64,000 bases of DNA from Bryobacterales bacterium (GCA_963422375.2 OY729427.2:1248001-1312000), one strand, 5' to 3'; shown: positions 11,255 to 22,292, counted from the first letter of the stretch. Numbers and translations are program-made. The notes: a model not told the origin generated them from the letters alone.

Positions 11255-11965
11255 GGAATTATATATCTGAGTGCCGACAACGCCATGTCCGACTAGAACT
11301 GCTCTGTGCAGGGAGGCCGACATCGAGCTCGGGTCATTCGAGTGCGGCCGCGGTGGGCACGGAAGGGTGGGCTCGCATCTGAATCGAACCTGCCAGCGGA
11401 TTTGACGAGGCACGGATTGGAGAGGCCCCCTCGCATGCCCCGGTGGAACCCGGCTTGCGGTGGGGGGCACCCCTTGCAAGCCGATTGCATGCCCTCCGAG
11501 GGCCGAAGACAGCGGATCCCCGGCGCTCGACGGCCTGCATCGACGGTCCGGGCCGGACACGGGTCGCGCCGGGGCATTCGGGACCCGGTGCGCCCCTCGC
11601 ACCGAGCGTGCAGCGCACCGAGCGTGAAGAGCGCGCCCGCAGCGGGCCGCCGCGCTCAGCTCGGCGGGCGTCGCTCAGGCCGCGACCGCGGCCTGGCCGG
11701 TCAGCTGCCGGTAGGTCAGCGTCTTGCCGACCAGGCCCCGCGCCATGCGCCGCATCTGTTCCGCCGTGTCGCAGTCGCGGTCGTTGCACCGTCCCGCGAA
11801 CTCCGCGAGGTAGCGGCCGAGATGACGGACGCTCATCCGGTGATAGGTGCCGTACAGGCCGCGCTTGAACAGGGACCAAAACGATTCGATGCCGTTCGCA
11901 TGCGCTGCCCCGCGCACGTACTCGCCGCCGGAGTGCCTGACGGCTTCGTGCAGGAACTCCTCCAT
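11255..11965 (-). mobile_element. IS1595-family remnant (C-terminal transposase plus right end)
   Basis: Same TIR and adjacent ~250 bp as 2528-2780; HANGIESFWSLFKRG..YHRMS..HLGRYLAEF motif. Confidence 0.85.
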
Positions 11966-12124
11966 GCCGGCGCAGGCCGCCGCCTCGTCGGGATTCTAGC
12001 CCCCCCGCCAAGAACTCGACAATCTCATCCTCCGCAGCGGGAGACCTTCACTCCCTGTCCATTCGCCAGTCAGCCCAACTGTTCGCCTCCATGCAGTCCA
12101 TGCGGCCTGTTTGAAGTCGGCAGA

Positions 12125-13033
12125 TCAGCTTCGCTTGAGCAACCGAGCCGCGTTTCCGAACAGAATCTTTTTCAGTGCGACGGTACCGGGAGCCAGCCGA
12201 CGCACTGCTGCCAAACCATTCGACCCGATACAGCCGCCACCTTCTCCGCTGCTGTCGTTGCAGTCGCTCGCCCAGAGAAGACGGTCCTGGTGCCGCTCAA
12301 GGAAACCGGCGGCGTGTTCTTCGTCGCGCAGCATCGAATTCAGACCGGAGCCGGCAGACAGATCCCCATACATGTTCGGGTAGTCGGACAGCAATCGGTC
12401 CGTGATGCCTCCGGCGGTCACAGGGGAGCGGGGATACATCACCTCCTGGACGTGGTTGGCATCGATGTTGCCCCACCACGTCTGCGCGTGCCCGATAAAG
12501 TTGACCTCCGGAAACTTCACAAGCATCGTGTGGAATCGGTCGATGCCCATGTTGTAGGCGTCGTGCTGAAAGTGAATGAGAACCGGCACGTCGAAATCCC
12601 GCGCTATGGAGTAGACCACCTGCATGGCCTCCGAATCGCAGTCGACAGGGAACTTCTGCTCACCTATGCCGAGCGCTCCGAGTTCCAGATACTTAGTCAG
12701 AACCCGACGGGTCCCGGGTATGTCCGGAAGTTCGTTCGCGAAGAAGACGTACTCGTCCGGGAAGCGGCGCGCCAGTTCGACGACCGAATCGTTGCCTAGC
12801 GCCTCGGCGGCCAGACCGTACCGCGAGCCGGCCGGGAGCAGAACGGTCAGATCAACTCCCATCGCTCGCTGGTGGGCAACCAGTTCGTCGTCCGAACGCC
12901 CTTTATAGTTGGTGTGCTGATGGAAGTCAATGACCCGGACTCGAGGGTCCCCAAATGCGGAGTCCGGCTCCAGATTCGTGCATGCAGTCGCGGCCGCGGA
13001 AACAGTCGCAAAGAAGTCCCGGCGACGGATCAT
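12125..13033 (-). CDS. Amidohydrolase-2 family protein with Tat signal
   Basis: RRRDFF twin-arginine signal; IDFHQH, VPVLIH, FIGH and RLLWASD metal-binding motifs. Confidence 0.9.
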   Translation of the reverse strand: MIRRRDFFATVSAAATACTNLEPDSAFGDPRVRVIDFHQHTNYKGRSDDELVAHQRAMGVDLTVLLPAGSRYGLAAEALGNDSVVELARRFPDEYVFFANELPDIPGTRRVLTKYLELGALGIGEQKFPVDCDSEAMQVVYSIARDFDVPVLIHFQHDAYNMGIDRFHTMLVKFPEVNFIGHAQTWWGNIDANHVQEVMYPRSPVTAGGITDRLLSDYPNMYGDLSAGSGLNSMLRDEEHAAGFLERHQDRLLWASDCNDSSGEGGGCIGSNGLAAVRRLAPGTVALKKILFGNAARLLKRS

Positions 13034-13239
13034 TCGTTAGGGGCCTAGCATCGCAGTGCTCATTCAAGCCGAGCAACGCTAGCGTATCAGAGCACCAGCA
13101 CGTGCGCAAGACGGATCCGGCGGGTCGGGCACGCACTCCGCCGCCCACCGCGTCCCCCAATCGAATGGGGATCATATGCGCAATTGCCCGAATCCGGCTT
13201 GGCAGCCGAGTGCCTAGCGCCTGCGGCTCGGGAACACCT

Positions 13240-14180
13240 TAGCAAGGGCTCGATCACTCGCCTTGCGCGCTCGTCTCGTAGCTTGTCGATCAGCTGGTCC
13301 AGCTGCACGACCGGCCAAGAGATGAGAGCTGTTCCGCTTTGATCAGATCTTCCGTGGGGACCGACCGCTTGCGGCCCTTGCCGACCGGTCTTCGGAAGCA
13401 CGACCGATGGCAAAGGGCATACACCAGCCATGGCTGGCCCTGCATCCGGACCCACAGGTGCTCCGTCGCCTCGGCCGAGAACGTCCTCCCCGTCTCTGCC
13501 GTGTACTGCCGCAGCAGGTCCGCCACTTCCATCCGGCTGCGGTCGCCGACCCGCAGCGACTTCGCGCTGATGTTGAAGGCGCTGCCGCTCAGGACGACGT
13601 CGCCCGTCGATCCCGAGCGGATGAGGCAGTAGCGCAGGTCGCGCACCCCTCTCAGGACGACGCTCTGCGGGAAGCTCCTCGGACGCAGGGGATAGCGTGA
13701 GTACAGCTGCCGCAGCACCGAGATCGGCGCGTCGCCCACGAAAGAGTCGATCTCGTCAGCCAGCAGCATTCAGGGGGAGCGGGTCGGCAGCCGCCCAGAG
13801 GGAGAGGATTTCTGCCAAGGCATCGCCGGGCCCGGAGCTCTCCGATGCCGCCCGCTGCTCGTGCTGCACGAAGGTGTCGCCCAGGGACAGCCGGGTGGAT
13901 CTGTGCACTGTGCCGAGCACTGATCGCATGGCGACCCGCGCGGCCTCGCGCATCGCCTGGCCGCCCTCCACATTGAGGTAGACGCAGCAGTTGTGGCCAC
14001 TCGACCCGCTGTTGAGCAGATCCTGCAGCACCAGCAGCGCCGCTTGCCTGACGGGCGCAGGGCGCGCAGGATGAAGCACTCCCGCTGGCAGATCATCCAG
14101 AAGACACCGTTGAGGTCGATCCGCCGGAGGGGGCGGGATGCAGAAGTAGCGCGCGGCAATGACGGGACCATCAGCGTTGG
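13240..14180 (-). pseudogene. Degenerate N-terminal copy of the AAA ATPase/PD-(D/E)XK gene
   Basis: Colinear with 15280-16215 (DEIDS, SAFNISAKSLRVGD, GQPWLV) but with frameshifts and a damaged Walker A. Confidence 0.85.
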
Positions 14181-14645
14181 AGATCCGCTTGCCAGCTAGC
14201 AGGGGTCGTCCCTTATCGAACGCGGCGATGCGGGCGCCCGGGCCATCCTGCGTTGGAGTCCGCGCTGCACGCGGTACCTGGCAGGCCGGTTACTGGCCGG
14301 CGATTCTGGCGGCAGTGACGTCAGCGCATTCGAATTGGACGCAGCAAGCTGCTTGGTGCTTGGTCTCGCGCCGGTAGCCGCATCGGCAAGGAGCCGTTGT
14401 CGTGCTGACAGGCTTGCATTCCGACAATCCCGCATGAGCCCGAACCTCAAGGCAGACCGGCCAAGAGGCACCCGTCCGCCGAGCCCGCAACCGGCGGAAG
14501 GCTCTACCGCTTCGTTCGCAACAAACCCGGGTGCCGCCCAAGATGCGGGCCGAGGGCGACGGGTCGCAGCTCCTGCCCGAGGAGGGCTCAAGACCAAGCA
14601 GTATCCGCAGTCGTCACGCCGTCGGGACGAACGGAGACGTGCTTC

Positions 14646-16223
14646 TCAAGCTCCCCAGACATGGATGGTCTTGCCGTCGCAGCTCTCGCTGCGACGGAAC
14701 AGCTTCTGGCTCCACGGCTTGTCGCTGCGGTCGAACACGACGAGATGGCCGGCCTCCGCGTCGCAACGGTCCATGTACCGCGCCGTCTGCTCCAGGCCCT
14801 CGCGCACCGTGGCCTCCAGGCCCCGATGCAGCAGCTTGCACTCCACGACGAACTTCCGCTCGCGCCCTCCTTGCGGCCACAGCACCAGCAGGTCCGTGCG
14901 CCCGCGGCCCAGGCCGTACTCCCGCTCGATGCGGCCCCCACCGTTCACCACGCGCTGCAGGTACGCCTGCAGCAGCAGTTGCGCGCCTGCCTCCTTGTAG
15001 TCGTAGCGCGCGATCCAGTGCTCGGCGTTCTGCCGGAAGAACTCCCGGAAGCCTGCCAGCAGCCCTTCCATGTCGAGGCCACCGCCTGCGGTGACGTACC
15101 AAGCGGCCTGCACGCCCAGGACTTGCTGCGTTACCGCCGTCAGCTCCCGCGGCACCACCTCGGCGTAGATCGGATTGGCGACGCGCACAGGCGGGTCCAG
15201 CGCGACCAGCCCCAGATCCCTCGCGTACTCCAAGTCTTCCTGGCCGAAGTCGCCCGCCGCCGATCCGCTGAGCACGGGTTCGATCACCCGCCGCACGCGC
15301 TCTTCCCGCAGCTTGTCGGCCAGCTGGTCCAGATGCACGACGCGCCGCAGGATCAGGGCCTCTTCCGCCTCGATCAGGTCTTCCGTCGCGACCGACCGAT
15401 TGCGGTCCCTGCCGGCCTCGCTTTCGAAGCATGCCTGGTGGCACAGGGCGTTCACCAGCCAAGGCTGGCCCTGGGAGCGGCTCCACAGGCGCTCCGTCGC
15501 CTCTGGCGAGAACGCCTGCCCCGTCTCGCCCGTGTACTGCCCCAGCAGGTCCGCGACATCCTCCCGGCTGAAGTCGCCGACCCGCAGCGACTTCGCGCTG
15601 ATGTTGAACGCGCTGCCACCCAGAACGAGATCGCCGGTCGATCCCGAGTGGATGCGGTAGTCGCGCAGGTCGCACACCCCGCACAGGACGATGCTCTGCG
15701 GAAAGCTCCCCGGACGCAGGTGGTAGCCCGAGCGCAGCTGCCGCAGCACCGAGATCAGCGTGTCGCCCACGAGGGAGTCGATCTCGTCAACCAGCAGCAC
15801 CAAGGCGCGGGGGTCAGACTCCGCCCAGAGGCTCAGCGTTTCCATGAGAGCTCCGTCAGGGCCGTAATCCTCAAGGGCCCGACGCCATGCCCCATCGACG
15901 AAAGCGTCCCCTATTCCTCGCCGAGCGCTACCGGCCAACGCGCCGAGAATGGCTCGCATCGCCCGCCGGGTGTCTTCCCTGCCCGCCTGGCCCGTTTCCA
16001 CATTGACGTACACGCAGCGGTAGTCGCCATGCGACCCGCTGTTGAGCAGATCCTGCAGCGCCAGCAGGGCCGATGTCTTGCCCGACTGCCGCGGTGCGTG
16101 CAGGATGAAGTACTTCCAATGACGGATCAGCCAGAGGACGTCGTCGAGGTCGATCCGCCCGAGCGGCGGGAGGCAGTAGTGACGCTCGGGCATTACAGGG
16201 CCCTCGGTGTTGAAGATCCGCAT
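14646..16223 (-). CDS. AAA ATPase fused to a C-terminal PD-(D/E)XK nuclease-like domain
   Basis: Walker A APRQSGKTS, Walker B LLVDEIDS, C-terminal REYGLGRGRTDLLV...VVECK. Confidence 0.88.
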   Translation of the reverse strand: MRIFNTEGPVMPERHYCLPPLGRIDLDDVLWLIRHWKYFILHAPRQSGKTSALLALQDLLNSGSHGDYRCVYVNVETGQAGREDTRRAMRAILGALAGSARRGIGDAFVDGAWRRALEDYGPDGALMETLSLWAESDPRALVLLVDEIDSLVGDTLISVLRQLRSGYHLRPGSFPQSIVLCGVCDLRDYRIHSGSTGDLVLGGSAFNISAKSLRVGDFSREDVADLLGQYTGETGQAFSPEATERLWSRSQGQPWLVNALCHQACFESEAGRDRNRSVATEDLIEAEEALILRRVVHLDQLADKLREERVRRVIEPVLSGSAAGDFGQEDLEYARDLGLVALDPPVRVANPIYAEVVPRELTAVTQQVLGVQAAWYVTAGGGLDMEGLLAGFREFFRQNAEHWIARYDYKEAGAQLLLQAYLQRVVNGGGRIEREYGLGRGRTDLLVLWPQGGRERKFVVECKLLHRGLEATVREGLEQTARYMDRCDAEAGHLVVFDRSDKPWSQKLFRRSESCDGKTIHVWGA

Positions 16224-16859
16224 GCCCCCGCCAATGTCCGTCCATCATGGTAGCGGGCGGCGCAGGCGCGAAAGGCAGCCCATATCGGCGTCGGAGCCGC
16301 CAGCCGACGCCGGCAGACCGGTGCCCGGGATGCGGCCATGGCGGCAGAGCCGCCGGCGCATTCGAACGGGAAGCGCGAAGAATTCCGGCGATCAGTCACG
16401 CTCCGCAGCAGGCAAGGGCCAAGAGCCGGTATCGCGCTGGGCAGCCTGGATTCCGGCGAACCGCTGGCACACGAGCCACATGCGCGACTGGGCCGGCGGC
16501 ACTCGGCTGCCTGCCAATGCAGGGTGGCCCCCAGCCGAGCGAGACGGTCACACGGAATGACAGCGAATCGGGCGCGGTGCTGTGGGGAGTTCGGAACGGC
16601 AACGCCGTGCCGCGGGCCGCTGCTCGGCCCTTGGCCACAACGCGCGGAATGCGGCGCCGCGCTTCTCGCGACGAACCTGAGTGCCGCCCGGGCTGCAGTC
16701 GGATGGTGCCGCGTCGCAGATCCTGCTCGTGAACCACGCAAGACCCAGGAGAGTCCGCCGCCTCCCCCGAGGCGGCGGACCGGACGGAGACGCGGGCCTC
16801 CAGGTCCTCGTACGTGGACCCGCTTCGGTCGCGGGTCGCGCTGCGGCGGGACAGGTGCC

Positions 16860-17160
16860 GGCCCCACTGCCCGCCGCTACAGCAGAGACCGACCAAGATG
16901 GCTACCGGCCACGCCGCGGCGTCCCCTGTACCGCGCCGTCTGCTCTGCGCCCGCGCACGCCATGCCCTCCGGCCTCCCGGAGCGGCAGCTTGCATCCCCC
17001 ACGAACTGACACTCGGGCCCTCCCTGCTGCCAGAACGACGGCAGGTCAGTGCGGCCGCCACCGAGGCCCTGCTTCGGCTCGATGCGGCCGCCGGACACCG
17101 CGCGCAGCAGGCGCGCCTCGTGCAGGGGTGCGCTCGTCTCCTTGGAGCCGTAGGGCGCGA
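16860..17160 (-). pseudogene. C-terminal fragment of a third AAA/PD-(D/E)XK copy
   Basis: GGRIEPKQGLGGGRTDL and EQTARY align with the C-terminus of 14646-16223. Confidence 0.7.
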
Positions 17161-17663
17161 TTCAGTTCTGTGACTGCTGCCGGATTGCGCGGCGGATAGG
17201 CGACTGGTTGTATTCCTCTGGCAGCGAGCGGGAGGGGCCGAACGACGCCCCTCGGGGCGGGCACAGACCTTGGCAGGCTCTGAGAGCTAGCCCGGCCGAG
17301 TGTCCGCAGGCGCGCCGAGGAGGAGCGAACGCCCGAGCCGCATGCGTTTCCGAGGGTGCCCTCCGCGAGCCAATCGGTCGCACGGCGGAATGCGCCGGGG
17401 ATGCCGGAATCGCGGCCTCGGACGGAGGCGCACGGCCCCTCCGCGCGGCCAGGCGCGGCCGGTCGCCTCGCCGCTAGGGGAATCCCGCGCCGAAGGCGGT
17501 GCCGACGGCTCAGACCGGGTGCAGGCGACAGAGCCGAGCGCACGCGGTCGCCGAGAATCCGCGGGCCTTGCCGCGCCATCGAGACCGCGCGCTCCGGGTG
17601 CTGGCGTCGAGCGCCCACCCGCCGCCCACCCTGAGCCAAACCACGCCATTATCCACCCCCACC

Positions 17664-19527
17664 CCCGACCGCAGAGAGAAGGAGAAGAGAACCACCCATG
17701 ACCCCCAGCAGCATCCCGCGCGCGCTAGCGACCGCCGGCCTGCTCGCCGCCCTGGCCCTCGGCCTCGCCGCCTGCGGCGGGGACGAGCCCGCCCCCGTGG
17801 TGCAGCCGCCCGCGCCCCAGCCCGCGCCCTTCCAGCCCCAGCCCGTCGAGGTCGCCCTCGGCCAGCACGGCGGCAAGCTCACCCTCATGACCAAGGAGGG
17901 CGGCGGCTTCACCCTCAACGGCGAGGACGTCGCCGACGGCGCCCCCGTCACCGGCGAGGAGAACGGCCTCGCCTACAAGCTCGCCCTGGCCGACGGCAAG
18001 TGGGCCGCCGAATACCAGGCCGCCTCCGCCTCCGTCATGCTCGGCCAGCTCGGCGGAACCCTCGCGCTCTCCCAGAACGAGGACAAGACCTGGTCCGCCG
18101 GCGGGGAGGCCCTGCCCGAGAACCTCACCGTCCCCGGCGACAACGGCCTCCACTACAAGCTCGCCCTGGGCGAGGACGGCGCATGGAGCGCCGAATACCA
18201 GGCCGCCTCCGCCTCCGTCATGCTCGGCCAGCTCGGCGGAACCCTCGCGCTCTCCCAGAACGAGGACAAGACCTGGTCCGCCGGCGGGGAGGCCCTGCCC
18301 GAGAACCTCACCGTCCCCGGCGACAACGGCCTCCACTACAAGCTCGCCCTGGGCGAGGACGGCGCATGGAGCGCCGAATACCAGGCCGCCTCCGCCTCCG
18401 TCATGCTCGGCCAGCTCGGCGGAACCCTCGCGCTCTCCCAGAACGAGGACAAGACCTGGTCCCTGCCCGGCGGGGAGGCCGCCGACGGCGCCCTCGTCGG
18501 CGACGCCGGCGGGCCCCAGTACCGCCTCGCCCAGAACGAGGACGGCGCCTGGGCCGGCGCCTACGTGCCCCGCAGCGCCTCCGCCGCCCTCGGCACGCTC
18601 GGCGGCACCCTCGCGCTCGACGTGGCCGAGGACGGCTCCGCCTGGCTCGGCGGCGAGCCCCTCGCCGCCGGCCGCGAGGTCGCCGGCCCCGCCAACGGCC
18701 TGCAGTACCGGCTCGCCCAGGGCGAGGACGGCTCCTGGGCCGGCCAGCACGTGCCCGCCACCCAGCCCGTAGCCCTCGGCGGCTCCGGCCGCAGCGTCGA
18801 GCTCGCGCAGGCCGAGGACGGAACCTGGTCCGCGGCCGGCTCCCCCGTCGCCGACGGCGCCGCCTACGCCGACAGCCTCGGCCTCAAGTGGACCCTGTCC
18901 CTGGCCGACGGCAAGTGGGCCGCCGCCCACCAGGCCGCCACCGCCTCCGTCATGCTCGGCCAGCACGGCGGAACCCTCGACCTCGCGCAGGCCGAGGACG
19001 GCTCCTGGACCCTCGCCTCCGGCGAGCCCGTCCCCGCCAAACTCACCGTCCCGGTCGCCGGCTACGACAACGCCTACGCCGTCACCCGCGACCCCGCCAC
19101 CGGCGAATACTCCGCCGCCTACGTCCGCGACGACTCCCAGAGCGGCTCCCAGGCCGTCGCCGTCGGCCTCGCCGGCAGCCTGCAGCTCTACCGCGCCGAG
19201 GACGGCTCCTGGTCCGCCTCGCCCGAGCCCGGCGGCGACCCCGTCGCCCACGGCCACGTCCACCCCGCCGCCTCCGGCGACGCCTACGCCCTCTCCCTCG
19301 ACGACGCCGGCAACTGGTCCGCCGCCTTCCAACCCGCCGACGTCGAGGTGCGCGGCGCCCCCCTCGCCGCCAGCACCCTCGAGGGCGGCGCCGGCTGGAC
19401 CCTCTCCGACCCCGCCTCCGGCGCCTCCGCCGAGCTCGCCGCCTCCGGCGACGCCGACATCCAGGGCAGCCTCTACCGCGTCCTCCAAACCGACGACGGC
19501 TCCCTCCTCGCCGATCGCTACGACCTC
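17664..19527. repeat. Left arm of a ~1.86-kb inverted repeat (partner 34913-36776)
   Basis: Translations identical from MTPSS to ADRYDL; nucleotide sequence identical wherever I compared it, except one mismatch just upstream of the SD. Confidence 0.93.
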
Positions 19528-22209
19528 CCGATCAAGGGCAGCCCGTTCACGGCCGACCTCAAGGGCGACGCCGCGCGGCCCGCCCTGAAGGCCGACGACC
19601 GCGACACCCCCGCCGACGAGGGGGGCACCGAGCTCATCCTGGCCGGCACCTCCTTCGACGTCGGCGCGCTGCTCGACTCCGGCGCGGCCGACATGCCGGG
19701 GCCCAACATGATCGCCGAGGCCCGGGACGAGATGGCCAAGCTGCGCGACCAGGTGAGCGCGCTGGTGGACCTGTTCAAGGACGACGGCCTGACCAGGGCA
19801 GGGCTGGGAACCGAGCTGGGCAGGAAATGGGAAGCCGCGCAAAAGGTGGTCGACGGCGTCCTGAACGGCTCCGAGCAGCTGGACAGGGTCGACACGCCCA
19901 CCCGCGTCGTGGGGGCCTTCGACGAGCTCGTCGACGCGCTCTCGACCGAAGACGCCTTCGTCGCGGCCACGGCCGAGGACGGCGGCGGCGTGTTCGAGGA
20001 CTACGCGGTCAAGGCCGCCGACGCCGTCAAGGCGTACGGCCGCTCCGCGTGGGAGGCCAAGGCCGCGCTGGGCACCCTCGGGGGCACGCGCTTCGGCGCC
20101 GTCCACCGCCGCGACCGCCAGCATGCCGAGCAGGGCACCCCCAACCAGAACGAGAGGGTCCAAGCCTTCGCCTTCGCCACGGTCGAGCCCACCCGCCGCG
20201 CCAGCGCCATGCAGGCCTCGGGCAACGCCTACTACGAGGGCCGGACGGTGGCGGTCGACACCGGCCGCAACTTCTACGAGGGCCGGATCGAGCTGCAGGT
20301 GCGCTTCGCCAGCGACAAGGTCAGCGGCATGGTGACCGACCTGCAGTCGGACGAGGGCGCCTGGGAGCACGGCGTCGGCGGCGCGGTGGAGCGCATCTTC
20401 CTCCCGGACGCCGCGCTGCGCCGGACGCTGACGTGGGACAAGAGGAACGGCCTAGCCCGCCTCTCCTACGGGGCGGCCGCGGGCTCCTTCCGCGACGTCG
20501 ACGTGAGCGGCAGCGCCTTCCAGGGCACCCTGCTGGGCCGCGGCGACGAGGCCGGCGAGCAGGCCGTAGGAACCTGGGATGTCGGCGGCAAGATCGCCGG
20601 CGGCTTCGGGGCCGAGCGCGGCGCGGACCGCATGGACCCGGGCTCGACCCTGATCGAGGACGTGACGACCACCGAGACGGAAGCCCTGCTCGGCACCGCG
20701 AAGACCGAGTTCACCGCGACGGAGCTCTTCCTAAACGATATCTCCGACGGGACCTCCGGCGTCACGCGGGACTACAAGCTGAAGCTCGACCAGCTGTTCG
20801 GGGACGGCTACGAACTCGTAGGCGAGGACGAGGACACGCTCTGGGCGCAGCAAGAGCTGCGCAAGGGCACGCATGTCGCCGAGGCCAAGAAGGAGATCAC
20901 CAAGCTGCGCAACAACTACCAGAAGTGGATCGACTTCATCGACCGCGATTCGAGCGACGCAGACGAGGCAACCGCGCAGGCGGAGAAGGGGAAGCTCCTC
21001 GACTCACTGGCCAACGAGATCGACGAGCACCTCTTCGGTGCCGGGGGCATTTCTTCGGGTTTGGATATCCTGAACGAAGGAAAAGCTTACGACTCCAAGA
21101 CCACCAACGACGCCGAGGTGCTCGCCCGAGTCGACTCGGCGCTCGAGGCCCTGGGGAGCAAGGATGCCCTCGCCGACGCCCTCGCCGACGGCGGCATCTT
21201 CTTCCGCGACTCCGACAACGACGACGACAACGATTTCAACGAAAAGAACGGCGGCCTGTCCCCCGACGCCATCTGGAACAAGCCCTTCTCCAAGGTGCTG
21301 CTGTGGACGGACCGCACGGACTACACCCGCTTCGGTGCCTGGAGGGTGCAGCGCAGCGAGTACGCGGCCGACAACAGCTGGGTAGACCAAGACAACCCCG
21401 ACTGGATGTCCGAGGGAACCTACAAGCAGGGTCGCAATCCGGAGCCGTTCGCCTACAGCCCGCTGCCGACGACAACGTACAGCGGCGTCGGCGAGGCCGG
21501 GTACCCAGGTGACGGGTCCGCCCGCTACGTCGGCACGACGGTGGCGGTCCAGGACACCATCTTCCTGCTGGGAGACGTCACCGCGCGGATGACGTGGGAT
21601 GCGGAGACGGTCGGGGGCGATCTCGTCGTGACCGTCAGCAACCTGCATTCCACCGATCCCGGCTTCGGCCCGCTGCGGCACGGCTACCCTGACTATCCCG
21701 CGAATGCAACCCTTACCAACGGCGATAATCCCGGCGGTCGGCATACGCAGGCTAGGTCCGGCACGTTCAGCATCCAGTCGTTCAGCATCAGAGCGACCGT
21801 CAGCACCAACGCAGACGACGAGGTGGTCTTCGAGGGAGAGCATACCGACGCGAGCTTCCTCAGCAGAATCGAATACGACACGCCCGACGGCAAGGTCCAA
21901 GCGCATGACGCAAGCGGCGCCCCGGGCCACGCACTGATTTGGAACTCCCGGACACAGGCCCATCGAGTGGCCAATGAGAACTACTACGGCCCGGGCAAGA
22001 CGGGGGAAGGCCAGCTGAACGTCGACTCCACGGTTGCCGCATCGGTCGACGGAAGTTTCGTCGGCCGGAACGCCGACGGGCCGATGGGGCTCATCGGAAC
22101 TTGGGTTATCAAATCCTCGTCGAGTAGCTATCCGAACCGCCACCAGATCGGCATCGGGAACACGAGAGCTCCGATCTACGGCGCGTTCGGCGCGGACGTC
22201 GCGCCCTAG
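17698..22209 (+). CDS. Giant surface lipoprotein, copy 1 (repeat stalk plus two TbpB-like beta-barrel lobes)
   Basis: Lipobox LALGLAA-C, Pro-rich linker, ~61-aa repeats; barrel-end motifs FQGTLLG..AVGTW..IAGGFGA and VDGSFVG..GLIGTW..IYGAFGA; SD GAAGGAG upstream. Confidence 0.85.
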   Translation: MTPSSIPRALATAGLLAALALGLAACGGDEPAPVVQPPAPQPAPFQPQPVEVALGQHGGKLTLMTKEGGGFTLNGEDVADGAPVTGEENGLAYKLALADGKWAAEYQAASASVMLGQLGGTLALSQNEDKTWSAGGEALPENLTVPGDNGLHYKLALGEDGAWSAEYQAASASVMLGQLGGTLALSQNEDKTWSAGGEALPENLTVPGDNGLHYKLALGEDGAWSAEYQAASASVMLGQLGGTLALSQNEDKTWSLPGGEAADGALVGDAGGPQYRLAQNEDGAWAGAYVPRSASAALGTLGGTLALDVAEDGSAWLGGEPLAAGREVAGPANGLQYRLAQGEDGSWAGQHVPATQPVALGGSGRSVELAQAEDGTWSAAGSPVADGAAYADSLGLKWTLSLADGKWAAAHQAATASVMLGQHGGTLDLAQAEDGSWTLASGEPVPAKLTVPVAGYDNAYAVTRDPATGEYSAAYVRDDSQSGSQAVAVGLAGSLQLYRAEDGSWSASPEPGGDPVAHGHVHPAASGDAYALSLDDAGNWSAAFQPADVEVRGAPLAASTLEGGAGWTLSDPASGASAELAASGDADIQGSLYRVLQTDDGSLLADRYDLPIKGSPFTADLKGDAARPALKADDRDTPADEGGTELILAGTSFDVGALLDSGAADMPGPNMIAEARDEMAKLRDQVSALVDLFKDDGLTRAGLGTELGRKWEAAQKVVDGVLNGSEQLDRVDTPTRVVGAFDELVDALSTEDAFVAATAEDGGGVFEDYAVKAADAVKAYGRSAWEAKAALGTLGGTRFGAVHRRDRQHAEQGTPNQNERVQAFAFATVEPTRRASAMQASGNAYYEGRTVAVDTGRNFYEGRIELQVRFASDKVSGMVTDLQSDEGAWEHGVGGAVERIFLPDAALRRTLTWDKRNGLARLSYGAAAGSFRDVDVSGSAFQGTLLGRGDEAGEQAVGTWDVGGKIAGGFGAERGADRMDPGSTLIEDVTTTETEALLGTAKTEFTATELFLNDISDGTSGVTRDYKLKLDQLFGDGYELVGEDEDTLWAQQELRKGTHVAEAKKEITKLRNNYQKWIDFIDRDSSDADEATAQAEKGKLLDSLANEIDEHLFGAGGISSGLDILNEGKAYDSKTTNDAEVLARVDSALEALGSKDALADALADGGIFFRDSDNDDDNDFNEKNGGLSPDAIWNKPFSKVLLWTDRTDYTRFGAWRVQRSEYAADNSWVDQDNPDWMSEGTYKQGRNPEPFAYSPLPTTTYSGVGEAGYPGDGSARYVGTTVAVQDTIFLLGDVTARMTWDAETVGGDLVVTVSNLHSTDPGFGPLRHGYPDYPANATLTNGDNPGGRHTQARSGTFSIQSFSIRATVSTNADDEVVFEGEHTDASFLSRIEYDTPDGKVQAHDASGAPGHALIWNSRTQAHRVANENYYGPGKTGEGQLNVDSTVAASVDGSFVGRNADGPMGLIGTWVIKSSSSSYPNRHQIGIGNTRAPIYGAFGADVAP
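18007..18462 (+). repeat. Exact 183-bp (61-aa) intragenic tandem repeat, ~2.5 units
   Basis: Units start at 18007, 18190 and 18373 (GCCGAATACCAGGCC...); more diverged units flank them. Confidence 0.95.
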
Positions 22210-22262
22210 AGTCAGTGTCCAGCCGGTCGGGAGCGCGTCCGTGCCCGGCCGCCAGAGTCCTC

Positions 22263-22292
22263 GGGGGAGCGGCTAGCCCGCTCCCCCTTTTT
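22263..22292 (+). terminator. Intrinsic terminator after lipoprotein copy 1
   Basis: GGGGGAGCGG-ctagc-CCGCTCCCCC hairpin followed by a T-run. Confidence 0.8.

Noticed and set aside
17499..21512. Very long alternative-frame ORFs (17499-21512, 17725-20370, 33216-36440, 33896-36715)
   Set aside because: Arg/Pro- or Gly/Val-rich shadow frames caused by extreme GC codon bias of the lipoprotein genes.
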